This document shows positions 37,824 through 46,843 of a DNA stretch of 64,000 bases, in pieces; positions within the stretch are counted from its first letter, which is position 1, and every line of letters begins with the position of its first letter. Origin of the DNA: Acidobacteriota bacterium. Lineage in GTDB: Bacteria; Acidobacteriota; Vicinamibacteria; Marinacidobacterales; Marinacidobacteraceae. The notes below the pieces were generated by a model. It saw only the letters and a list, made by a program, of their open reading frames with translations. It did not search any database and was not told the origin of the DNA. The position numbers and the translations under genes were made by a program. The stretch covers positions 4,122-68,121 of the forward strand of contig JAJEFG010000108.1 in NCBI GenBank assembly GCA_022820545.1, in the 5' to 3' direction.

Positions 37824-38855
37824 GTGATCGCCCCCCTCCTCGAAACCCTGCTCTCCGGCGAGGCCGCCGATTCCGGCGCGCTGGAGACCGCTCTCCACCG
37901 GATCCTGGCCGGCGAGAGTGACGTCGCCCAGACGGCGGGACTGCTCGTCGCCCTCAGGATCAACGAGCCCGATGCCGCGACGCTGGCCGCGTGCGCCCGC
38001 GCGCTCCGGGGTCACCGGAAGGCCGTCATGTCGCAGGTGCGGCCGCTGGTGGACACCTGCGGAACCGGCGGCGACAAGAGCGGCACGTTCAACATCTCCA
38101 CGGCTTCGGCGCTGGTGGTCGCGGCCGCCGGCGGCGCGGTGGCCAAGCACGGCAACCGCAGCGTCTCGTCCATCACCGGCAGCGCCGACGTCCTGGAAGC
38201 CTGCGGCGCGCCGCTCCACCTCGAGCCCGCTCAGGCTTCCCGGATCCTGGACTCCACGGGCTTCGTGTTCCTGTTCGCTCCCGCCTTCCACCCCGCCATG
38301 GCCCACGTCGGGCCGGCGCGCCGCGCGCTCGGGATCCGCACCCTCTTCAACGTCCTCGGCCCGCTCGCGAACCCGGCGCTCGCCGACCGTCAGTTGATCG
38401 GTGTCTACGATCCGTCCCTGACGGAGACCGTCGCGGGGGCACTCGCCGAGCTCGGGTCCGCCTCGGCGCTCGTGGTGCACTGCGAGGGGCTGGACGAGAT
38501 CGGCCTTCACGCCACGACCCGGGGCCACGCCCTGAACGACGGGAAGGTGAGTCCGGTCGAGATCCGGGCCTCCGAACTGGGACTCCGCGAAGCCTCGATC
38601 GAGGAGTTGCGCGGCGGCGCCACCTCCCAGAACGCGGAGATCCTGCGCGCCGTGCTCTCCGGGGAGGACGACGGCCCGAAGCGGGACGTGGTCGCCGCGA
38701 ACGCGGGCGCCGCGCTCACCGTGGCCGGCCTCGAGCCGGACCTGCAGGCCGGCGTGAAGACCGCGTTGGAGACACTCGCGTCGGGCCGCGCGCTGCGCAC
38801 CCTGGAACGCTACGTGGAGACCAGCATGCGGATGACCGGAATGAATGTGGCGTGA
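37824..38855 (+). CDS. trpD: anthranilate phosphoribosyltransferase
   Basis: '...LVDTCGTGGDKSGTFNISTASALVVAAAGGAVAKHGNRSVSS..GSADVLEA...' canonical TrpD. GTG start after AAGGAG; the track ORF (36270) is an upstream artifact. Confidence 0.9.
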   Translation: MIAPLLETLLSGEAADSGALETALHRILAGESDVAQTAGLLVALRINEPDAATLAACARALRGHRKAVMSQVRPLVDTCGTGGDKSGTFNISTASALVVAAAGGAVAKHGNRSVSSITGSADVLEACGAPLHLEPAQASRILDSTGFVFLFAPAFHPAMAHVGPARRALGIRTLFNVLGPLANPALADRQLIGVYDPSLTETVAGALAELGSASALVVHCEGLDEIGLHATTRGHALNDGKVSPVEIRASELGLREASIEELRGGATSQNAEILRAVLSGEDDGPKRDVVAANAGAALTVAGLEPDLQAGVKTALETLASGRALRTLERYVETSMRMTGMNVA

Positions 38856-39628
38856 CCGAACGGGTACTCGAGCGGCTCGTGCGAGCCGCCGAGGCGAGAG
38901 CGGAGCGGCTCGCGGCGGAACCGGACCCCGGGCCTCCTGACCGGGAGCCTCCTTCCTTCCGGGAGGCGGTCGGCGGGCGGGGCGCGCTGTCGGTGATCGC
39001 CGAGTTCAAGCGGAAGAGTCCGAGCGCCGGGGCGATCCGCGACGACCATCCCGGCGCCCGGGCGCTGGCCTACCGGGAGGCCGGCGCCTCCGCCGTCTCC
39101 GTGCTGACCGACCCGGATGCCTTCGGGGGGTCCCTCGCGGACCTGCACGCGGCTTCGGCGGCCTCCGGCCTCCCCATCCTGATGAAGGACTTCGTCGTCG
39201 ATTCGGCGCAGATCCGGGCGGGCCGGGCGGCGGGAGCGTCCGCCGTGCTGCTGATCGTCCGCTGCCTGGACGACGCCAGGCTGCGCCGTCTCCATCGGGA
39301 GGCGCGCTCGCTGGGGCTCGACACGCTGGTCGAAGTGCACGACGCGCCGGAACTCGATCGCGCCCTGGCGCTCGAGGACGCCATCGTGGGGATCAACAAC
39401 CGGGACCTGGACACACTGCGGACGGATCGCGGCCGCGCCCGCGACCTCCTCCCCCGGGTTCCGCCCGGACGGATCGCGGTCGCCGAGAGCGGGTATCTCG
39501 AGCCGGAGCACCTGGCGGAGTTGCGGGGGCGGGCGGACGCGGTGCTCATCGGGACGGCGTTGATGCGCGCGGCCGATCCCTCGGCATTCCTCCGGGCCGC
39601 AACCGAACCGGTGCCGGCCGGCGTCTGA
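38852..39628 (+). CDS. trpC: indole-3-glycerol phosphate synthase
   Basis: 'ALSVIAEFKRKSPSAGAI.....A..Y...GASAVSVLTD...F.GS..DL.......LPILMKDFVVD..Q...' typical IGPS. GTG overlapping the trpD stop (GTGA). Confidence 0.85.
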   Translation: MTERVLERLVRAAEARAERLAAEPDPGPPDREPPSFREAVGGRGALSVIAEFKRKSPSAGAIRDDHPGARALAYREAGASAVSVLTDPDAFGGSLADLHAASAASGLPILMKDFVVDSAQIRAGRAAGASAVLLIVRCLDDARLRRLHREARSLGLDTLVEVHDAPELDRALALEDAIVGINNRDLDTLRTDRGRARDLLPRVPPGRIAVAESGYLEPEHLAELRGRADAVLIGTALMRAADPSAFLRAATEPVPAGV

Positions 39629-39640
39629 CCGGCGCGTGTC

Positions 39641-40264
39641 GTGGAGATCAAGATCTGCGGCCTCCGGAGGCCGGAGGACGCCCGTCTGGCCGTGCGGCTC
39701 GGGGCGCAGTGGATCGGCGTGGTCCGGGCTCCGGACTCCCCGCGCTCGGCAACGCTCGAAGAAGCCCGGCAGGTGATCGCGGCCGCCCGGGAAGTCAATC
39801 CGGAGGTCCTTCCCGTGCTCGCGACCGGGAGGCGCACCCGCGACGAGGTCGCGTCGGACGCGTTCGCGCTGGGGGTGGAGCGGGTCCAGCCCCACGGTCT
39901 TTCCGAGGCCGGGATCCGGACGCTGACACAGGCCGGCCTCATCGTGCACCGGGTCGTGACCGTGCCCGAATCCGCGGCCCGGCTTCCGGACTTCGAGCCC
40001 CCCGAGGCGGACGACGGGCCGCTCGTGTTCGACGTGGGAGGGGGCGGCAGCGGCCGCGCCTTCGACTGGCGCATCCTCGGGGAGCGCGCGCCGGGACGGG
40101 CGTTCATCGCGGGAGGCCTGCGGCCGGAGAACGTCGGGCGGCTGCTCCCCTACCGGCCCTGGGGCGTGGACGTCTCGAGCGGGATCGAGTCGTCGCCCGG
40201 CGTCAAGGATCCGGAGCGGCTGCAGCGGTTCTTCGATCTGGTGCGGCCGCTGGCCGTGTCATGA
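39641..40264 (+). CDS. trpF: phosphoribosylanthranilate isomerase
   Basis: 'MEIKICGLRRPEDARLAVRLGAQWIGVV...' and C-terminal 'FIAGGLRPENVGRLL..RPWGVDVSSGIE' typical PRAI. Confidence 0.85.
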   Translation: MEIKICGLRRPEDARLAVRLGAQWIGVVRAPDSPRSATLEEARQVIAAAREVNPEVLPVLATGRRTRDEVASDAFALGVERVQPHGLSEAGIRTLTQAGLIVHRVVTVPESAARLPDFEPPEADDGPLVFDVGGGGSGRAFDWRILGERAPGRAFIAGGLRPENVGRLLPYRPWGVDVSSGIESSPGVKDPERLQRFFDLVRPLAVS

Positions 40265-41457
40265 AGGCGTCACTCCGTCCTCGCCTGGGCGCGTTCGGCT
40301 CCTTCGGGGGGCGTTTCGCTCCGGAACTCCTCACCCCCGCGCTCGAGGAACTGGAGACGGCCCGGCGGGAGATCGTCCCCACGCCGGCGTTCCGGGACGA
40401 ACTGGACCGCGAGGCGCGCGCCTGGGTGGGGCGGCCGACTCCGCTCACCAGAGCTCCCCGGTTCTCGGATCGGGCCGGCCTCGAAACCGTCTTCAAGCGG
40501 GAGGACCTGCTCCACGGCGGAGCGCACAAGGCCAACAACGTCCTGGGGCAGGCGCTCCTGGCCCGGCACATGGGCAAGACCCGGCTGATCGCGGAGACCG
40601 GCGCCGGACAGCACGGGACCGCGACCGCGATGATCGCCGCCCGTTTCGGAATGCAGGCGGTGATCTACATGGGGGAGAAGGACATGGAGCGCCAGGCCCC
40701 CAACGTGAAGCGGATGGAGCTCTGCGGCGCCGAGGTCATCCCCGTGACGGCGGGCGCCCGGACGCTCAAGGACGCGATCAACGAGGCGCTCCGCGACTGG
40801 ACGGCGAGCCTGTCCACCACCCACTACCTGCTCGGGACGGCCGCCGGACCCCACCCCTTTCCGCGGCTGGTGCGGGACTTCCAGGCGGTCATCGGCCGCG
40901 AGGCGAAGCGGCAGTGGCGGCGGGAGTTCGGAGGACTGCCCGACGTGGTGGTGGCCTGCGTCGGCGGCGGCAGCAACGCGATCGGCATCTTTCACGCCTT
41001 CGTGCCCGACAAGTCGGTGCGGCTCGTGGGCGTCGAGCCCGGCGGAGCGGGACTCGACAGCGGCCGTCACGGGGCCACCCTGGTTCGCGGGACGCCCGGC
41101 CTGCTCCACGGGGCCCGGACGATGATCCTGCAGGACGACGAAGGGCAGATCCTCGAGCCGCACAGCATCTCCGCCGGACTCGACTATCCCGGCGTCGGCC
41201 CCGAGCACGCGCACCTTCAGGAGACCGGCCGGGCCCGCTACGTCGCCGCCACCGACGAGGAAGCGCTGGCGGCCTTCGAGGTGCTGTCGGCCACCGAGGG
41301 GATCGTCCCCGCCTTCGAGCCCTCGCACGCGCTCGCGTTCGTCCTGCGCGCCCGGGAGTCGGGAGAGCTCGCCGCCGGGGCGCGGGTGCTCCTGAACCTC
41401 TGTGGCCGGGGCGACAAGGATCTGGAGACCTATTTCGCGCTGGGCCGGTCCTCATGA
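40261..41457 (+). CDS. trpB: tryptophan synthase beta chain
   Basis: 'FGSFGGRFAPELL...FKREDLLHGGAHKANNVLGQALLA..MGKTRLIAETGAGQHGTATA...' canonical TrpB PLP motifs. ATG overlaps the trpF stop. Confidence 0.9.
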   Translation: MKASLRPRLGAFGSFGGRFAPELLTPALEELETARREIVPTPAFRDELDREARAWVGRPTPLTRAPRFSDRAGLETVFKREDLLHGGAHKANNVLGQALLARHMGKTRLIAETGAGQHGTATAMIAARFGMQAVIYMGEKDMERQAPNVKRMELCGAEVIPVTAGARTLKDAINEALRDWTASLSTTHYLLGTAAGPHPFPRLVRDFQAVIGREAKRQWRREFGGLPDVVVACVGGGSNAIGIFHAFVPDKSVRLVGVEPGGAGLDSGRHGATLVRGTPGLLHGARTMILQDDEGQILEPHSISAGLDYPGVGPEHAHLQETGRARYVAATDEEALAAFEVLSATEGIVPAFEPSHALAFVLRARESGELAAGARVLLNLCGRGDKDLETYFALGRSS

Positions 41458-42251
41458 GCCTGGCCGCGCTCCGCACCTCGATGGAGCAGGGACCGGCGGT
41501 TTCGCCCTTCCTGATGCTCGGCGATCCGACTCCGGACCTCAGCGTGGAGTTGGCCCGGACGGCCGTCGCGGCGGGCGCCGGGATGCTCGAGATCGGTCTT
41601 CCGTACAGCGATCCGGCGGCCGACGGGCCGGCCATCCAGGCGGCCACCGGGCGCGCCCTCGCCGCGGGGACGTCCACCCGGCGCGGGTTCCGGCTCCTGG
41701 CGAGGATCGCGGAGGCCTGTCCCGGCATCCCGCTCAACCTGTTGGTGTACGGCAATCTCGTGCACCGGATCGGATACGAACGGTTCACGGATACCGTGAG
41801 CCAGGCGGGGGCTTCCACCCTGCTCGTGCCGGACATCCCGCTCGAGGAGGCGCTCCCGTTGCGCCGGGCCTGCCGGGGCGCCGGCCTCGGCCACGTGGAG
41901 CTTGCCGGGCCTCTCACTCCGGCGCCGCGCCTCGCGCGTCTCGCGCAGGGTTCCGCTTTCCTCTACCTCGCGGGGTTTCAGGGGGTGACGGGCGTCCGTC
42001 ACGGTGGGTTCGCCGCGGTCCTGGGCCGCGTCACCGAAGTGGCGGAATCCGTGGACGTTCCCGTCTGTCTCGGGTTCGGGATCTCCAGCCGCGACCAGAT
42101 CGTCCGCGCCTTCGGGGCCGGCGCGCGGATCGCGGTCGTCGGCAGCCATCTGGCGCGGGTGGTGGGGACCCTCTACGGCGCTCCGGCGGACGCGGAGCGC
42201 CTCGTCGCCGGTTACCGTTCCGCCGTGCTCGCGCTCGCCTCGAACGGGTAG
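41454..42251 (+). CDS. trpA: tryptophan synthase alpha chain
   Basis: '...FLMLGDPTPDLSVELARTAVAAGAGMLEIGLPYSDPAADGPAIQ...' canonical TrpA. ATG overlaps the trpB TGA. Confidence 0.9.
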   Translation: MSLAALRTSMEQGPAVSPFLMLGDPTPDLSVELARTAVAAGAGMLEIGLPYSDPAADGPAIQAATGRALAAGTSTRRGFRLLARIAEACPGIPLNLLVYGNLVHRIGYERFTDTVSQAGASTLLVPDIPLEEALPLRRACRGAGLGHVELAGPLTPAPRLARLAQGSAFLYLAGFQGVTGVRHGGFAAVLGRVTEVAESVDVPVCLGFGISSRDQIVRAFGAGARIAVVGSHLARVVGTLYGAPADAERLVAGYRSAVLALASNG

Positions 42252-42271
42252 GGAAGCGAAAAGGACGAACC

Positions 42272-43276
42272 ATGCTGGTCATCATGCAGACGGCCCCTAC
42301 CGAGGAGCAGTGCGCCCGTGTCGAGACCGCGATCCGGGACATGGGTTTCACGCCGCTCCGGGTGCCGGGCGCCGACCGGACCGCGATCTGCGTCACCGGG
42401 AACCGGGGGCCGGTGGACCCCTCGTTCCTGATCCGGCTCCCCGGGGTCGCCCGCTGCATTCCCGTCACCAAGCCGTTCAAGCTGGTCAGCCGCGAGGTCC
42501 ACCCGGCGGACACCGTGGTGGAGATCGGCGGTGTGCCGGTGGGCGGACCCGACCCGGTGGTGATCGCCGGACCGTGCAGCGTCGAGACCGAGGCGCGGAC
42601 GGTCGAGATCGCGCGCGCCCTCCGTACGGCGAACGCCGACCTGTTCCGCGCGCGACTGGGGTCGGAGAGTGTCGGGCCGTACCAGTTCGCAGGGGTCGGC
42701 GAGGAGGGCCTCCATACCCTGGAGCGGGTGCGCGAGGAGACCGGGATCCCGGTGATTACGGAGATCGCGGACCCGCGTACCGCCGAGCGCGTGGCCGAGC
42801 GCGTCGATGCCGTCGAGATCGCCGGTCGTCACATGGAGAACGAGCCGCTTCTCGAGATCGCCGCCGGCATCGCGGTGCCCATCATTCTGGAACGAGCGCC
42901 GTCCGCAACCGTGGACGAGTGGCTGATGGCGGCGGAATCCCTTCTCGCCCGCGAGAAGCGGGATGTGGTCCTCTGCGAGCGCGGCATCCGGACCGGCGGC
43001 GAGCGGCGTACCCTGCTCGATCTCCACGGGGTCCCGGTGGTCCGGCGGATGTCCCATTTGCCAGTGCTGGTGGACCCTTCGCACGCGGTTGCGGAGCGGG
43101 ATCGTGTGCGCCCACTGGCTCGCGCCGCGCTCAGCGCCGGCGCCTCCGGCATCGCGATCGCGGTGCACACCCACCCGGACACCGCCTACACCGACCCGCG
43201 GCAGACCGTGGACATCCCGACCTTCGAGGGCATCCAGCGCGACCTCGTCCGGATCGGCGCGTTGGAGGCGATATAA
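42272..43276 (+). CDS. 3-deoxy-7-phosphoheptulonate (DAHP) synthase, AroA(G)/KDO8PS-like class I-beta type with N-terminal ACT/ferredoxin-like regulatory domain
   Basis: N-terminal 'MLVIMQTAPTEEQCARVETAIRDMGFTPLRVPGADRTAICVTGNR' regulatory domain, then 'VIAGPCSVE...' catalytic barrel typical of Thermotoga/Bacillus-type DAHP synthase. Last gene of the trp cluster. Confidence 0.85.
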   Translation: MLVIMQTAPTEEQCARVETAIRDMGFTPLRVPGADRTAICVTGNRGPVDPSFLIRLPGVARCIPVTKPFKLVSREVHPADTVVEIGGVPVGGPDPVVIAGPCSVETEARTVEIARALRTANADLFRARLGSESVGPYQFAGVGEEGLHTLERVREETGIPVITEIADPRTAERVAERVDAVEIAGRHMENEPLLEIAAGIAVPIILERAPSATVDEWLMAAESLLAREKRDVVLCERGIRTGGERRTLLDLHGVPVVRRMSHLPVLVDPSHAVAERDRVRPLARAALSAGASGIAIAVHTHPDTAYTDPRQTVDIPTFEGIQRDLVRIGALEAI

Positions 43277-43295
43277 CAGGCGGTCCGCCCGTCCC

Positions 43296-44186
43296 ATGAC
43301 CGAGCCATCCCCTCCGCCGACGCCCGACGCGGGCGACGTCTCGTTCGCGCGGACCCTGCTGCAGTTCTTCGTGATCCCCATGCTGGTGGTGATCCTCGGG
43401 GTGGGGATCTTCCTCGGGTTCGCGTGGCTCGTCTCCGACGACACGACCGCCGGGGAACAGCTCCAGCGGATCCGTTCCGGGGGACACCGCGAAGCGCGGC
43501 AGGCGGCGTTCGAACTCGCGAACCGCATCCAGCACGGCGATCCCGCGGAATTCCGCGCGCTCGGGCCCGACCTGGTGCGGGCCTTCGAAGACGCGGCGCC
43601 GCCGGCCGATCCGTGGGTGCGCCAGTACCTCGCCCTCGCCCTCGGAACCCTGTCCGAAGCGACGGCGGTTCCGGTGCTCGCCGGGGCGCTCGCCGATCCG
43701 GACGAGACGGTGCGGGTCTACGCGGCCTGGGCGCTTGGCTCCATCGGGGGCGGCGCCGCGGTTTCCGCGCTCGGCGAAGCCAGCCGGGCCGAGGACGCGG
43801 GACTCCGCACCATGGCGGTCTACGGGCTCGGGGCGATCGGCGATCCCGCGGGCGCCGAGGCGCTCCGGCGGGCGGTCGACGACCCCGTGCTGGACGTTTC
43901 CGTGAACGCGGTGGTGGCGCTCGCCCGCATCGGTGACGCGGCGGCCGCCGAACGGCTGCTCGGCATGATGGAGCCGGACTACTGGGCGAACGTGCCGGGC
44001 ATGCTGGACGGCGAGCGGACGCTCGCCCGGCTGAGCGCCGTGCAGGCGGCGGGCGTGCTCGAGACCCCGGTGGTCCGGGCCCGGCTCGAGGAGGTGGCGG
44101 CGAACGATCCGGATCTCAAGGTCCGGGAGGCCGCGCTCTCGGCGCTCGCGGGCGGAGGGACGGCGAGGCAGCCGGCGCCTCCGTGA
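43296..44186 (+). CDS. HEAT-repeat (PBS-lyase-like) protein with N-terminal TM anchor, hypothetical
   Basis: N-terminal hydrophobic 'LLQFFVIPMLVVILGVGIFLGFAWL', then repeated 'xVRxxAAxALGxIGxxxAVxxL' HEAT-like units. Confidence 0.6.
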   Translation: MTEPSPPPTPDAGDVSFARTLLQFFVIPMLVVILGVGIFLGFAWLVSDDTTAGEQLQRIRSGGHREARQAAFELANRIQHGDPAEFRALGPDLVRAFEDAAPPADPWVRQYLALALGTLSEATAVPVLAGALADPDETVRVYAAWALGSIGGGAAVSALGEASRAEDAGLRTMAVYGLGAIGDPAGAEALRRAVDDPVLDVSVNAVVALARIGDAAAAERLLGMMEPDYWANVPGMLDGERTLARLSAVQAAGVLETPVVRARLEEVAANDPDLKVREAALSALAGGGTARQPAPP

Positions 44187-44286
44187 GATGCCGCGAGCGG
44201 TCGAAAAACGAAGAAACTCATGACTCGACCTCCGGAGGCTTCCGTTAGAATCCCGCGCCGATCCAGAATTACTCCAACTGCAATCG

Positions 44287-44841
44287 ATGCCTGACCCCCC
44301 GGCCCAACCGGCAGCCCCCAAACCGGCTCCGAGGCGGGCTGCCAGCGCCGCGAAGAAGGTCACTCGCCGGGAGTTCCCGTTCCTCGCCATCGGCTGGGGC
44401 ATGTTCACGGCCGCGATGGCGGCCGGGCTGACCGCGGCGGGCCGGTTCATGTTCCCGAACGTGCTCACCGAGCCGCCATCGACGTTCACCGCGGGCTTCC
44501 CGGATGACTTCGCCATCGGGGTCGTCGACACCCGTTTCAAGGAGCGCTACCAGGTCTGGATCGTCCGGGACGAGGAAGGGATCTACGCCCTGTCCACCAT
44601 CTGCACTCATCTCGGGTGCACGCCGAACTGGCTGGAGGCCGAGGCCAAGTTCAAGTGCCCCTGCCACGGCAGCGGGTTCTACGCCACCGGAATCAACTTC
44701 GAGGGTCCGGCCCCGCGGCCGCTCGAAAGGGTCGGTGTCAGTCTGGCCGAGGACGGTCAGGTTCTCATCGACAAGTCGCGCCTCTTCAAGTTCGAGGCAG
44801 GTCAGTGGAACGACCCCGCCTCGTTCCTGCCGCTCACGTAG
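44287..44841 (+). CDS. Rieske [2Fe-2S] protein of a cytochrome b-type complex
   Basis: Rieske boxes 'CTHLGC' and 'CPCHGS' with correct spacing; N-terminal TM anchor. Confidence 0.85.
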   Translation: MPDPPAQPAAPKPAPRRAASAAKKVTRREFPFLAIGWGMFTAAMAAGLTAAGRFMFPNVLTEPPSTFTAGFPDDFAIGVVDTRFKERYQVWIVRDEEGIYALSTICTHLGCTPNWLEAEAKFKCPCHGSGFYATGINFEGPAPRPLERVGVSLAEDGQVLIDKSRLFKFEAGQWNDPASFLPLT

Positions 44842-44859
44842 TCGAAAGGCAGGGGCGTC

Positions 44860-45660
44860 ATGTTGAACCGCATCCTCGCCCCTCTCTCCGCCGCCTGGAA
44901 GGAGGCGACGGACTCGCAGGTCTGGACCTCGATCTTCCGTCACGGCAAGCCGGTCAGCAACCGGAACCGGGCGCTCGTGATGATGAGCAACGTGTTCCTG
45001 CACCTGCACCCGGTCAAGTCCCGGAAGGCGGGCATCAAGCTCCGTTACACGTGGTGCATGGGGGGGATCACCTTCTTCCTGTTCCTGGTGCTCACCTTCA
45101 CCGGGCTGCTCCTGATGTTCTACTACCGGCCCACCGTGGAGTACGCCTACGCGGACATCGTGGACCTGCAGGAGCACGTCCCGCTCGGCATCATGCGGGA
45201 ACTCCACCGCTGGGGCGCGCACGCCATGGTCATCACGGTGTGGCTGCACATGCTGCGGGTGTTCATGACCGGCTCCTACAAGCCGCCGCGGGAGTTCAAC
45301 TGGGGCATCGGGGTGGTCCTGCTGGTGCTCACCCTGCTCCTGTCCTTCACCGGCTACCTGCTTCCCTGGGACCAGCTGGCGATCTGGGCGATCGCGGTGG
45401 GTTCCAACATGGCGCGCGCGACGCCGCTCCTCGGAACGGAAGGGCCGTTATCGGCGTCCCTCACCCTGGGGGACATCAGCCTCATCAACGCGGGGAACGA
45501 CGCGCGCTTCGCGTTGCTGGGCGCCCGTTCGGTCGGCCAGCCGACGCTTCTCCGCTTCTACGTCCTTCACTGTGTCGGGCTACCCCTTGCCGCCGCCTTC
45601 CTGATGGCGGTGCATTTCTGGCGGGTCCGCAAGGACGGGGGTATCTCGGGGCCGATGTAG
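44860..45660 (+). CDS. cytochrome b, N-terminal (b6-like) subunit
   Basis: Four-TM cytochrome b6-like sequence with haem-ligand His pairs (e.g. '[21 protein letters not shown]', '...[17 protein letters not shown]'). Confidence 0.85.
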   Translation: MLNRILAPLSAAWKEATDSQVWTSIFRHGKPVSNRNRALVMMSNVFLHLHPVKSRKAGIKLRYTWCMGGITFFLFLVLTFTGLLLMFYYRPTVEYAYADIVDLQEHVPLGIMRELHRWGAHAMVITVWLHMLRVFMTGSYKPPREFNWGIGVVLLVLTLLLSFTGYLLPWDQLAIWAIAVGSNMARATPLLGTEGPLSASLTLGDISLINAGNDARFALLGARSVGQPTLLRFYVLHCVGLPLAAAFLMAVHFWRVRKDGGISGPM

Positions 45661-45711
45661 GTCCGAATCCAGCTTTGAGAGAAGACGTTCCCGCCGCGAC
45701 CCGTTGAGACC

Positions 45712-46833
45712 GTGATCGACCTCTTCAAGGATCTCGTCAACTGGGCCTCGGGGCCTACGGTCCTGTTCACGATCGCGACGCTCGGCCTGCTGGCGGCCTT
45801 CCGCTTCACCCAGGTCTGGAGCAAGACCTCGGCGAAGGTGTTCTTCGTGGTCCTCGCCGTGTTCTACACCGCGAGCATGTGGGACCCCGACTTCTTCCTG
45901 ATCGTCGCGAAGCCCGACAACATCCCGATCACGGGGGTCATCTTCCTCGTCTTCTTCTTCACCTGGTACGCGATGCACCAGGGCATCCAGAACGACCGGC
46001 GGAGCGCGGGCGAACAGGAGGTCCTCGAGAAGCAGGAGTCCGAAAAGGTCTGGGTGTGGCCCGATCTCGTCTATACCGAGATGCTCGCGATGGTGATTCT
46101 CAGCATCGTGCTGCTGGTGTGGTCCATCCTGCTGGCGGCGCCGCTGGAGCAGCCGGCCAACCCCGCCGATTCACCGAACCCGTCCAAGGCGCCCTGGTAC
46201 TTCCTCGGGCTCCAGGAGATGCTCGTCTATTTCGACCCCTGGCTCGCGGGGGTGGTCTTCCCCACGCTGATCATCGTGGGGCTGATGGCGATTCCCTACA
46301 TCGACACGAACCCGAAGGGCAACGGCTACTTCACCTTCAAGGAGCGGAAGGCCGAGATCGTCATCTTCCTGTTCGGCTTCCTGATCCTCTGGTGCCTGCT
46401 GGTGGTTTCGGGCACGTTCCTGAGGGGGCCCAACTGGAACTTCTTCGGCCCCTACGAGTACTGGGACGTGCACCGGGTGGAGCCGCTGCTGAACGTCAAC
46501 GTCTCCGACTTCTTCTGGGTGAAGCTGCTCGGGCGTCCCTTGCCGACCGGCGGGTTCTTCGCGGCGCTCATGCGGGAATGGCTCGGCATCCTGATGGTGG
46601 GGGCCTACCTGTTCGTGCTTCCGGTGGTCATGTCGTGGCCGAGGGACCGGTTCCCCACCGGGCTCAAGTGGCTGAGCTGCCACCACTACTTCGAAAAGAT
46701 GGGCGCCACCCGCTACTACGTCGGCGTCAGCCTCTTCCTGATGATGATGAGCCTGCCGATCAAGATGTACCTGCGGTGGGCGTTCAACCTGAAGTACATC
46801 GTCGCCTTCCCGGAAATCTTCTTCAACATCTAG
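45712..46833 (+). CDS. cytochrome b C-terminal (subunit IV-like) protein with long extension
   Basis: 'PANPADSPNPSKAPWYFLGLQEML' corresponds to the PEWY/Qo-site region of the split cytochrome b subunit IV; several TM helices; GTG start. Confidence 0.75.
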   Translation: MIDLFKDLVNWASGPTVLFTIATLGLLAAFRFTQVWSKTSAKVFFVVLAVFYTASMWDPDFFLIVAKPDNIPITGVIFLVFFFTWYAMHQGIQNDRRSAGEQEVLEKQESEKVWVWPDLVYTEMLAMVILSIVLLVWSILLAAPLEQPANPADSPNPSKAPWYFLGLQEMLVYFDPWLAGVVFPTLIIVGLMAIPYIDTNPKGNGYFTFKERKAEIVIFLFGFLILWCLLVVSGTFLRGPNWNFFGPYEYWDVHRVEPLLNVNVSDFFWVKLLGRPLPTGGFFAALMREWLGILMVGAYLFVLPVVMSWPRDRFPTGLKWLSCHHYFEKMGATRYYVGVSLFLMMMSLPIKMYLRWAFNLKYIVAFPEIFFNI

Positions 46834-46843
46834 GCAGCCCGCA

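Noticed and set aside
36270-38855. 861-aa + strand ORF suggesting a very long trpD
   Set aside because: - Only the last about 343 aa match TrpD.
- The upstream part is antisense to the amidase gene 35865..37439 and spans the leader/attenuator region.
- The true start is the GTG at 37824 after AAGGAG.
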